DNA of 62,402 nt, from the IMG/VR virus record IMGVR_UViG_3300032241_001301, positions 1 through 62,402 of that record; one strand, 5' to 3'. How positions within the stretch are numbered: the stretch's first letter is position 1; the number at the start of each line of letters is the position of its first letter. Position numbers and translations under genes: made by a program. Below, in pieces: positions 17,139 to 29,100 of the stretch. This DNA comes from a virus. Its lineage: Duplodnaviria > Caudoviricetes. The notes under the pieces are model-generated. The model worked only from the letters and a program-made list of their open reading frames with translations, searched no databases and was not told the DNA's origin.

Positions 17139-20100
17139 TTATTGTCCATAGGTGTAAGAATAGCCACTGGGCGGTGGTGCCTCCACGTAAGTAATAGACA
17201 CCTCACGGTACGGAGAGCCACCGGAGTTGTGCGTCACCTTTACGTCGTCGCTGAGCGCAATGTAGCGACGCTCGCCTTCTACGGGGTCGGTAAGAACCAA
17301 AGTTTCACCAAGGTTGAGCATATTTATAAAGTCTTGCCAGTGTTCGATGTCCGTCCAAATGATGGTGATGGTTGCGTCCCGACCTTGCACCACACCTTGC
17401 GTGATGACTGGGCGTGACGAGCCAAGTGGGTAGAACACACCGACAGGGTGCTTTTGCGTTTCTTCCACCTGGTTCTGAACCAACACGGGGAATCGCAACG
17501 CAGGGTTGGACGTACTGCCGAGCCACCACGAGTTGGTCTGTAGTTTTGGTGATGGCAGTCCCGACACACTTACACCCGGTACCGACGTGCCGTTGATGTC
17601 AACAAATGTGGGGATTACTTGGTAGTAATTAACCGCATTTGGAATAACTTGTACGTCGGTTTGCAGTGCTACGCCGGTTTCATCAGCGGAAACAGCGTTT
17701 GCGCCGTACAAAGTTGTGTACGTGATTCCACCATCGTCACTGCGTTGGACGTTGTAACTGTATGTGGTGTTCGGAGTGTTGATGTACCCATCATTGTTGT
17801 AGTTGAACACGCCAACCAGCGTTCCGGCTTTCTGCGTGTGCTTTAGACCATTGGTAATCAACGTAACCGTAGCCGAAACGATTTCACCTACATTGTGGTT
17901 GTACACAAGGGGGTCGTTTAGAGCCACCGTTTCTGTTCCGTCCCACGCACTGCTTACGTAGTTTGTTTCATTTGTTTGCCCCGAGCCAATAGTTATTTCA
18001 GCACCACGAGCCAAGCCATTGACGTTATTCAACGAAATGGTTTCGTCACCTGCCAAAGCATTGGAAGCAATCGCATAAGACGCACTTGTGGGTGACGTTC
18101 CACGGTGAAGTTCACGGGTTGAGTTGTCATTGGTTGGGTCAAACAAGTACAGCGTATTTACACCAGATGTTGGCGTGGTCTGCGGAATAGCAAACGTGTT
18201 CACCGGAGCATTGAGGGGGTTTGGCGTTTGCGTCAATGCTGGCAATAGGGTGTTTAGGGGTACGTAGGTGTTGTCGGGTAGGTGGGGTGTCATGGCTTGG
18301 AAAATAAGCCCTGACACGGCATACACGTCACCACTTTGGGTGTTGCTGAACTGTATACGAGGGCAAGCGTAGGTCGCTTGTATGTTCAGGGTGTACGAAC
18401 CACCGGCAGTTTTGGGGCCGTTGCGATTGGGGAACTTGACGGTAACCGAGGTATCCGCATCTACGGGCTTGGAAATAACACCGTTTGCCACGCCCTCGAC
18501 GGTGATGTTCGTGCCTTGCGCCAAAGTCAAAACGCCATTTGAGGAACTGTTGAAGGTTCCACCATTTTGTGGGTTGGCAGGGTCGGTTGGCGTGTACTTA
18601 GCCCCAGTGAAAACGGTAAGGGGGGGTGCCTTGAATACAATGGCGCTGGGTTGCCACGCAATGCTAGTGAAATCCGACGATGGCATCGTTCCGAGAGTAT
18701 TGAAGTAGTTTTGTTCGCCCGTCGCCAAACTGGTTGTTCCGTCGTCTGTGACTAGGAAGTTTCCAGCATTGTCGTACCAATCGACCAACAACTTGAACGT
18801 CGGCTCAACAGTGATGGTGAATGGCAGTTCGGTAATAACCCCAAGAGCAGATGCAATCGCAAACTCCTGCGTGGGAACCAACGTAAGTTGCGTGGAGTTT
18901 AGAACGTTATCCACTGTGGTGTTGATGCCATACAATACGTTTTGAACCGTAGAGCCAACCGTAATGCCCGTAGTGTCAGAAATGGTAATGGTGTTGCCAC
19001 TAACTGCCGATGGGGTCACTGTAATTGAATCACGCTTAGGAACATACAGGCTTGTTCCAAAACCGGCAAAACCGTAGGTCTGTCCAACATTGACCGGAAT
19101 AGCGTTTTGGTTGTTGAAACCGTTAGCACTGTAAGTAGTGATTTCACCAAACGTGCCTGATGCTGTGATTTGCAAAGCATTGGCACCGAAAGGACTGGGG
19201 ACGCTGAAAAGTACGGGAATGTGCCGGTCAAACGAACGCCGTGAACGGAATGGAATAACCGGAACGCTTGTGCTTCCTGCTGGAATGACAAACGAGTTAG
19301 AGGCATACACCGTAATGGTTTGTTCAGTGGCATACGTTGTACTGGTGACAGCAGGGACGTAGCCAACGTTTCCACCAAAGTAAATAACCTCAAGTCCACC
19401 GCCCGGTGAGTACAGATTGGTAACAACGGTTCCGACAGGAAGCCCCTGCGCTTGGATTACCGAACCGGCGCTTACTCCCGTGACAGAGGTTGATACTGAA
19501 AAGGCGTTGAAGGCGTAGTTGTTTGCGCCAGAAGGGTATGTACCGCTACTGCTGATTTGGGTAAAGGTAGATGTCCCCGTGTCGTACCAACCCATAATCG
19601 CATCAGCATAAATGGGGGGTGCGTTGAAACCAATTCTAAATGGTTCACTGAAACTGTATTGCGTGGGAACAAGTTGGTTCCCATTTACCTTGTGTGCTGA
19701 AATGTCTTTTGTACCAAGGCTTGTGTGGGTGGCACCAGCACGGGTGTTGTAAAAGTTTGCCGAGTCGTACTTGTGAAGCAACAACCCTGCTGGCAGAACC
19801 GTAGATTGACCAGCCGATAGGGTGAGTTCCAGCACTTGTCCGTTGCCCTCAACGGGTACTGCCTCGGTAATGACGTAGTAAACCTTGGCGTTTGGTGGAA
19901 TGTATGCGCACGCAACTACCTTGTTTGTTGCAGGGTCTTTGAAAGAAAAGGCAAAATCACCAAAACTTGCCAAACCATTTGAGACGTTGAGGTTTAGTGG
20001 GTTGTAACCATTGGCACTGGCAGAACCCTTAGCGTAGATTGCCGCAAACGGGTCGAATGTTTGGGAAAGGGTGAACGCAACTTGGACATTGTTGCGAATC

Positions 20101-23100
20101 CACGGCGTTTCACCAGTGGCTGGTGTAAATGCGTTAGAGCCTCCGTTGGGCGTAGAAACACCGTCAGGGTTGTTGATTATTTCTTTGGCATCTGTCCCAA
20201 CAAGCAAATAGTCCCCTACGGAAATTCCAGCAACTCCCGAAAGAACAAAAGTATTGCTAGTTGCTGTTCCAATGTCGTAAGAAACATACGTGTTGTAGTC
20301 GGTAACTACACTTCCACCAGCCGATGAACCCGTGTAACCATTCACACCTGTGAAAGTAACGGTGTCTCCTGAAATGCCAGTTACTTGACAAATTCCAACA
20401 TCAGTACCCCACGAACCGGGGTGCCAACAAACGGCTGACGCAATAACGGCGTAAGGTGCTTTTTCTCCCGAGGGGTACGGCAAACCGGGGACTACTGAAA
20501 TAGTGGGGTCATTCAGTGCTTGGAAAATGTAGTTGTATCCAAACTCGGATGCCCCAGCCTGAAGCCAAGCGGCAGTAGCCTCTGCCCCTCCGTCAGGGCT
20601 GTGGAACCTAAGAAACTTTCCTGCTGGTTGAAGGCTGGCAGGACCAGACCAACCCCCCACACCGGGAATGGTTATGGTCTTGTAAGTACCCGGAGAGGGC
20701 GCAGTGCCACCTTCCCACCAAGAAGAACTTGGTGAAATGTTAATGGGGTTGTTGTAGGCAACTTCATTTCCTTCAGCAGTTGACCAACGCAAAAACGCTT
20801 GCAATGATTCTTGCGACGGGTTTCTGATGCCGTAGGCCGACATAAACGTGTAAACCCATTCTGGGTAGTTTTTGTTTTCACCAAAAATAAGTTGCGTGTA
20901 TTCTCCGCCAGTCGGTGGTCGGAGGTCGGGAATGAACTTGCTAGCGTCCCAAGTATCCACCTCAATAATGATTTGGTCACCTGCGGAAAGTTTGGGATTT
21001 TTCTTTGTTCCAAACTTTTGCTTGAACGATTGGATGTCATTGGCGTTGAAACTTGTTCCTGTTGGGGTGGTGAGCAGTTGGATGGTCTTGCCCAAAGCAC
21101 CCGCCCCTGTGCCGTTTGACGAGTAGCCAAGTGAACTTGCCGTAGAAGCAATGTAGCCCGAGTTGTATTGGTCGGTAATGGAACCGCCAGTGGTTATGCC
21201 AAGTAGCCAGTTGGCAATTTGGTCGGCAACGCCATTGCTGTTGCCGGTGGCTCCAATAGTGGCCTTGAGCAAAGCGGTCTGAACTGCTTGCACCGTAAAT
21301 GACGATTTTGGCTTTGGCGGAAATACCAGCGTAGGGTTAGGAGGGGACCCCGGTGCTGGGGGGACGGTGGTGCTAAACGTAACCTCATCGCCTGGCTGGA
21401 TTCCACCACTTGTAGAAATAACGTACACAATGTTGTCGGCAGTGGGCAACCCGTCGCCATTTGGAATAAAGATTGACTGACCCGTAATACTGGTGGTAAC
21501 CGCCGGACCTTGCGTGGTAGTTGGCAATGTAGCCGGAACGTCGGCAACCAATACAAGGTCTTTTACCTGTTCCTGTGCTTGGGTGGCTGGGTAGTTGAAG
21601 TAAACATTTCCTTCATAACCAGCGTAAATGTCGTTCTGCAATCCGTAGGTCACGGTGGCGTTGAGGCTGTGACTGGCTGGGGTCGTTCCCAAGTAGCCAC
21701 GCTGAATAATTTGGAGTTCACTACCTTGGCCCGTGGACTTTGGAACAGTCTCCACCAAGATTTTTTCACTACCAACCAATACCCAGTATTGCTTACCCGG
21801 CAAGGGGAAGCCAATGGCCTCAGTAGCAAGGGCCTCGTTCATCACGACTTGCGTTCCGCTCGCAGTAGCGGCTTGGCTGAACTTGAAGTTCCACGTGACA
21901 TTTGAGGCGGTTTGACTGGAATACGCCACACTCAAAAGCGACGTAAGCGGTGGGAAGTTCTTGCTAACCACCAACCAGTTCAGGGGAATGTTGGTGTCGT
22001 TAGGCAAAGTTACGCCCGTGACAGTGTTGCTACCTGCCGTAACCGTACCCGTAATGTAGAAAGCGCCAGCGGTGTTTTCCGCCGTATTACGGATTGTGTT
22101 GCCGGTTACTGAAAAAACACCCGTACCCGTTCCGCTAAGTGCGCCAACGTCAGAAATGGAACCAACCGCACCAATAGAAATTTGTGTGTAGGTAGAACCA
22201 GCCACGAGGTCTTGCCCCAAGGTGATTCCCGTACCGCCGGAGTCCAAAATACTGTCGGTGTCATTGGCGGTGGTGTGCCAACCGCTTGCTCCGTTATCAA
22301 AAGAACCGTTTTGCGCCGAGAACAAGTTGTCGGAGGTTTGGATTGACAACTTGTTTGCTGAAATAGAAGCGTCGGGGCTTACGGCAACAAGTGGCGGAAG
22401 AGGTTGCTCAACGGTGGTGGCAAACGATGTAGCAACCCAATCGGTGTACTCGGTTTGCGCTTCCTTTTGCTTCAGCACTCGAACAAAGGCAACATACGTC
22501 GCCCCATTGACATACCCGTCGCTCCAAGTGATAGCCGATGAGGTGTATGGCCCCCTGCCGACAGTGTGAACCAATGGATTTGTGGAATCTGGTGAAAAAA
22601 ACTTGGAACTAGCAACTGCAGCGTCGTAAATCTTTATTTCGTAGCCAACTGGCGGAACCGTCTTGATGCCGTCGTTGTACACCCAGTTGATGGTGTAGCC
22701 GTTTTGCGCAGGGTCACCACTTTGAGAAACGGTTTGGTAGTTGCCGTTGATACGCTCAAACAAAACGTTGCTTGACGGTGCCATGTAAACAGAATCAAGT
22801 TGTCCCTTAGGGCGAATAACAAAAACACCCCGAGTGGAACGGTGGAGGGTTTTCTTGCCAGCAGGCGTAGTAGTGGAAACACGAATGGCGGTGGTGTGGA
22901 GGTCGCTTGGCTTCCACTTTCTACCACTTGGGTGCGTGCTTCTCTTTCCCCCCATACGAACTGTGTGGGTGGGAACGTTGAGGTTGTTTGCGAACTGCGA
23001 AAGGGTGTCAAGTGGAACAACGTCGCCGGTCTGGGTGTCCAACAATTCTAGTGAAATCTTGTCGTTTCCATTCGTAGAACTTTGGGCGGCGTGGTGAACC

Positions 23101-26100
23101 TGAACCGAACTGATTTCAGAGTCAATCCACTTCTTACCGTTGTACGTCTTTAGTTTCTTGGTGTCAGGAGTGATAACCGTATCGCCCACGTGAGTAATCG
23201 GTTTACGGTAGTACGTGACAGTGGTGTTATTGCTGTGTGGGTACAACATCGGACGAGCAAGTGACAATCGCCACGGGTCGCCGGTAGGCAACAAAACTGG
23301 TGGAACCGCCGGTACAAGTTCTTCCGTGTTGTTGCCGTCGTTCATGTTGTAGACGGGGGGCGTGGTGATTGAAGTTCCATTGGTATAGAACGAAATGCTT
23401 GATTGGTCAGATACCGAGTTGGTGGAAAGGTTTAACAGCCACTCGGTAATAGACACACCGTTGTACAAAAGTGGTGAAATCATAATTTCACTACCGCTTA
23501 TGGGAATACCAACTAATTCGCACGTTGGCGAATTTCCGGTCCACGACCAAAAAATGGTATTGGTGTTGTCGCAATAGAAATTTAGCCCCCCACTTACTGG
23601 TGCCAAACCTTCTGACGTGAAAGACCCCGACGTGAACGAGGCAATGTTCGCAATATAAATGTTTTCACTAATGTTGAATACCAAGAAACCGTAAAACCAC
23701 TCCATAACGCCATTGCTAACTCCCGTGGTAAGGGTGGTGTCGTTGTAGTACGTGACAGTTCCGCTGGAATTTACGGACGCAACCGCTAATCCGCCCGTGG
23801 TTCCCAACATCCAAATAAGTGTCCCGTCATACGCAATGTTGCCCAACAGGGTCATACCGGAAATGACACCGTGAGCGAAGGCGTTTCCACCAGTATCCCA
23901 ACGCAATAGGCGTTGCGTTCCATTGTTATCAGCAACATACAAGTATGTACCATCAGAAATAATGTTGTTGTTGACCGAGGTAATGCTGTCGCCAATAAGG
24001 GGAACTGCGGTAAACGTTCCAGACGTAGACACCTTGTACACGGTTGGTGATGTTTCACCGGCACCAGCCCAACCACTTGTCCACAAGTTTCCATCGGGAC
24101 CTAAGCACAAAGAACCATTTTGATAAGTGGGGAACGGCGTACTATACGTAGTGAAAGTACCCGAATAGGACATACGGACAAGCAACGTTCCGTCGTCGTT
24201 GTAATACCAAATCGCCCCGTCGCTTCCTGCGCAAGCAGATTGGAAAACACCAGAAAAGTAAGTGCTTGCCGGAAAGAAGTTCTCAACAACTCCGGTTGGT
24301 GAAATTTTGAAGATACCCACGTTGCCTGTGTTTGAGAATCCATAAAGGTTTCCGTCGCCACCGACAACCATGTTTTCCAATCCACCGTAGTACGTCGTCC
24401 CACCGCCCGACACAACGGTAGTGGTGGAAACTGATTGGACAAATGCCGAGGCTCCACTGAATACGTCGTTACCTGACCCGTCAAAGATTTGCTGACCAAC
24501 ATGGATAGAGCCACCATTTGTGGTAGCCACAACGTTAGAGCCACTAGTTACTGAACCAGTAAAAGCAATGCCCGTGGGGTTATCGTCGTAGGCGTAGTTT
24601 GGTGAAAAAGGTTCTACGACAATTGACGTGGCATCAAAACTTGGCGTTTCGGCTACGACTAACGATTGCGAAATTGGAAGTTCTGGCTCTAGAGAGTTAC
24701 TCGCAACAAGAACAATGGGGTCACCGGCAAGGATTTGGTTAGGCAAACCATATGAAGCGACGGTTCCACCATTGACATTCCCGTTGTTCCAACCAAACAG
24801 CGCACCGTTAGAAACGACAGAACACTCGTGGCTAAACGTTGGGACGTATGGCTCAATGGTGATTGAGGTGTCGCCTACGTTGGCACTTGACGCAAGGGTA
24901 ACTTGGTCGCTGTGACCGCCAGAGGAAAGGTGAATAGTATCCCCTGCGGACAAAGCAACTGCCAATGGGGTTGTGTAGACAGTGGTGAAACCAGTGTTGG
25001 GAGTTTGCCCAATTGCCGTCGGCAGTCCGGCGTAAATGTTGATGGTTTGTGTTCCGCTAACTGTGGCACTTGCCGGTCCGATAGCACTATTAGTCCCATA
25101 GGCGTTAGTGAAATACCCTAATGTAACTGTGCTTCCCGATACGTTCTGAATAAACGAACCCAACGGAACACCCTCACCCTGCACCTCAAAGGCTGCCCAG
25201 AGGCTTCCGTAGGCGGAGTCGTTCAAGAATGGCTTGGACAGTACGGCTGTGCTTGTGGTGGAATCAAACGACACAATGTACGTGTCTTTTTGGATAGAAG
25301 CGTCACCAAAAATACGCATACCGATTTGTGGGGGGGAATAATCAAAAGACAACGTATTTTGACCGGCGGTTCCACCACTTGACGAATACACCGAACCCAT
25401 CAGTTCCGTAGAACTAACCACGCCAGTTACGGATGCGCTTCCTTCGGTTAGCACACCTGTAAAACTGCGATTTAGGCGGAAGTTTGGAACGTAAACGCTG
25501 TTGTACCGTGAGGAAGGCGAAAGTGCGCCTACGTGGACTGGCGTTCCGTCATAGTAGTTATTTGCCGTGTTGCTAAACAACAACACATCAACGGCATTAG
25601 TTGAGGAAACCGACGATGACGGGTTTCCACCATAGACGTAGTAGTAATCCGTGCCAATGCGAACGGAAAAAAGGTCTTTCGGAAGGGATGTTTCCGAAAG
25701 GACTAGTGAAATCGTATTGGTGCCGGAAGCCGTGTACCCAGCCAAGCGACCAACTTCAGGGGTGACAAAGTTGGTGGTGTTGTAAGGGGTATCAAAGTTG
25801 TCGGGGAAACCACTGATGTTGGTTAGCGTGATTGAGGTGTCACCAGAACTAGAACTGTTGATAACCGTTGCCGAGGTATTTGGGGTGTTCTTTGCGCCGA
25901 CAGGCACAAGGATTGGTGAAAGGCCAAGTGTAAACGTGGCAGTAGTGGCAACTTGACCATTGGTGTTGTCTACAACAACCGAGTTGATTCCTTGGTTTCC
26001 AGCACTGTTGTCCGCACCACCCAAAATCGGCGCTTCCTTGGCGTGCTGATTCGCAAATCCCGTTGTCTTGATGTTTGGAACAAAGACGGGTTCGCCAACA

Positions 26101-29100
26101 GCGTGAGGGTAGGAGAAGGCTTGACCCTTTGCCAGTTGGAACGTTGCTGGTGAAACTGTGTTGCCCGTTTCTTGCCCCGACGTAAAAGCGTAGTTGGTGG
26201 TGAAAATGACACTTTCTTGGGTGTCGCCTTGACCAACAACCATAACGCCCCACACGTCAGGGGTAAAGGTGAACGTACCGTCCTCTACCGCCGAGGCCGT
26301 GGCGTTATTGGAAATGCCGATTTCAGTACCACGAACATACGTCACAAACGTATTTGCTGGGATGCCAGCACCCGTTACGTTCCACCCGACGCTCGGGCGA
26401 CCGCCATTCGTAGGGTTGGTGTTCCACACGGCGGTGATGTAGTTGTTCCCCTCGTAGACCGTACAACCCTTCAGGGACGTTCCACTGGTGATTGGGAAGC
26501 CCTGTGTGGCGACATTGCCATACTGGTCGTAGTACGTTCCACCAACAAGGTTGCTGGTGTTCTTTAGTGGGGCAACAGTAGCGGACGTAGCACCAGGGTT
26601 GACTGACTTAGAAAGGGTCGTTCCAAACAACGAACCAATGTTGATTGGTGAAAGGGTTTCCAAGTCGCCAACCGTAGACGAACCAAAGTAGCGATTTCCC
26701 TTGTCGTATGAAGAAACCGCTGTTCCAGCATCGTGGTTGCCTGTGATGTTGCCACGCAAGGCAATAACGCCAGCGCCACTGCCATCTTGTAAAGGCGTGG
26801 TGAAAGCCGAGGCAATTGGAACGGTATTGGTCACGGGGTAAATGGAGTTTTGATTGTTGCCATTTGGGTAAGCACTTGTATTGACAAACTTTCCACCAAC
26901 CGGCAACGGCTTGTCCACGGCCCACATCAACGCTGTGTTCTTGGTTGCGTTGATACCCAAGCAAACAAGGCGACTTTTGTTGTAAATGTATTGTGGCGTG
27001 TAGTTGACAAACGTACCGCTTTGGTCGCCTTCACCAGTACCGTCGAGAGGGGCGTACTTGATGGGGTACGGCTGACCGTCATTGTCCTCAAGGAAAACCG
27101 TGTAGACGTTTTCACCATTGGAAATACCGCCCGAAACAATGGAGGAAACAAAAGCATTGCTGTAGCCAGCCCACCCTTCAGGGTTTAGGCCACCCACCGA
27201 ATAAGGAATGTACACCACGTCGCCAATGTTGATGTTGGCGATTGCTGATTCACTTACCTGACAAATACCGTTATTGGTGGTGGCAATGTTGCCAGTCCAA
27301 ACGTTCGGCGTGGCGACACTAAGGTTTTCAGTACCCTCAACTTCCATCGTGTACGTCGAAGATGTGCCGTAATACGAACCGCTAACAACCGCTTCACCAA
27401 CAACAATGCGAGTGTTGTACGAATCGGCGTGGGTGACGTGGTAGCCGTTGAATACGTTGGTTGTTCCGCCGACATACTCGCCAATGTAAATGTTGTAGTA
27501 GTTGGCGGTGAAAGAAGAAAGGGTGCTGGTGCTGGTGGCGTTGGCAGACAGGGTGATTTGATTTGCCGTGTCTACCGATTCAATGACCGTTCCAGCAGGA
27601 ACGTATGTTCCGCTTACCGCCATGCCAACCAAAAGCCCTTGCGTATTTGGAATGTTGTTGATAACCGCCGAGTTGAACGACGTATTGCCAGTAAACGTTT
27701 TTGTGTCCACCACGGGGTCGAGCGTGGCGTTACTGCTTAGTAACACGCTTGACACGGCTGGGGAGTAATGGCTTCCGCTAACGCTCAAAGTGGTGAAACC
27801 GCTGGCGTATGCCTGTCCGATAGAAACACCAGTCAAGTCTGCAATCTGCACTGGTGGGGTGGCAATGATTTGTGCAGTTACCGTGGTCCCGCCATCTACG
27901 CCACTTTGAAAAAAGTCTGGGGTGAACGTAATGGTTGTACCCGATACTGCGGTAATGGTAAGGACTCCACCCTGCGTTCCAAAGAAAACAAGGTTTCCAC
28001 CACTACCGCCCTTGATAAACAGTTGGCTACCAACCCGAATGTCGCCCTTCACCGAGGACACGGTGGCAGTGTTCTCGGCGTAAGTTCCACCACTGGCGAT
28101 AAATGTTCCAACAAAAGTGGAAGATTGGAATACATTGGCGTACTTTTCAGTACCTGAAACAAAACTGTTGTTGTTTCCAATGGTGGCAACGCTGGTGGCA
28201 TTAGTTAGTGGCGTATTGCTAATGCTGTTGATTTTTACGGGCAAAATCAACAAACCGCCGTAGTTCGGATTGTTGTATGGTGAGGTGGCGACATAAGGTG
28301 CTGAAAAGAACTCACACTTGTACCCAACGCCCCCATCGGTGTTGAGAAGGGTGGTGTGTCCCTCAATGGTTGCGCCAAAAGCCGTAGCAGTGGACACGGT
28401 GTACCCAACAGTAAGTTTTACCTTGCCACTGCCCGTTGCCGGTTGCGAGAGATAAACGTACCCGTTGTATCCATTGAGTTGGATGGTTTCAGTGGTTCCC
28501 GCCCACACTTCAGAAAGGGTAATTGTTCCGTCGCCGGTGTTGATACCGGCAATGGTGTAGTTGGCACCGTACAACTGGTTGGTGCAAATAACCGTTCCCT
28601 GCGTAAGACCGTAGAAAACTGACGAATATGACGTGTTGGTTTCCGTCAGGGTGACGGTGGTGGAACCATTAGTAACCTCACCGACAAACGAAAATGTTTG
28701 TGCGTACATTGGCTCGGTGGTGAAGTTCTCAAACGCTGGCAAACTAACCGTTTGCGTAGGAGTGTTGCTAACGGTGATGTAGCCGTCCGTGGTGTTGATG
28801 CCGATAATGCACGTTCCGTCAGGGAAGTAGTTGCTTGGCGCAAGGATTTGCCCAACCGAAAGTCCAAACATACCGTTGGACGTGTAACCACTGGGGAGTG
28901 TGGTGGAAGCAACGTTGATGGTGTTTACGCCCGTGGCAAAAGACCCCTCAAAGGTAACGGGCTGACCGCTTACATACGCATCTTCTACGCCATTGGGGTT
29001 AGCAACCGTGGTGGTGCCAGATACATAACTGCCCGTGACCGACATTCCAGCAAGGAGACTCCCCTGCACTTGGGAAACTGGCGACATAAGGACGGACGTA

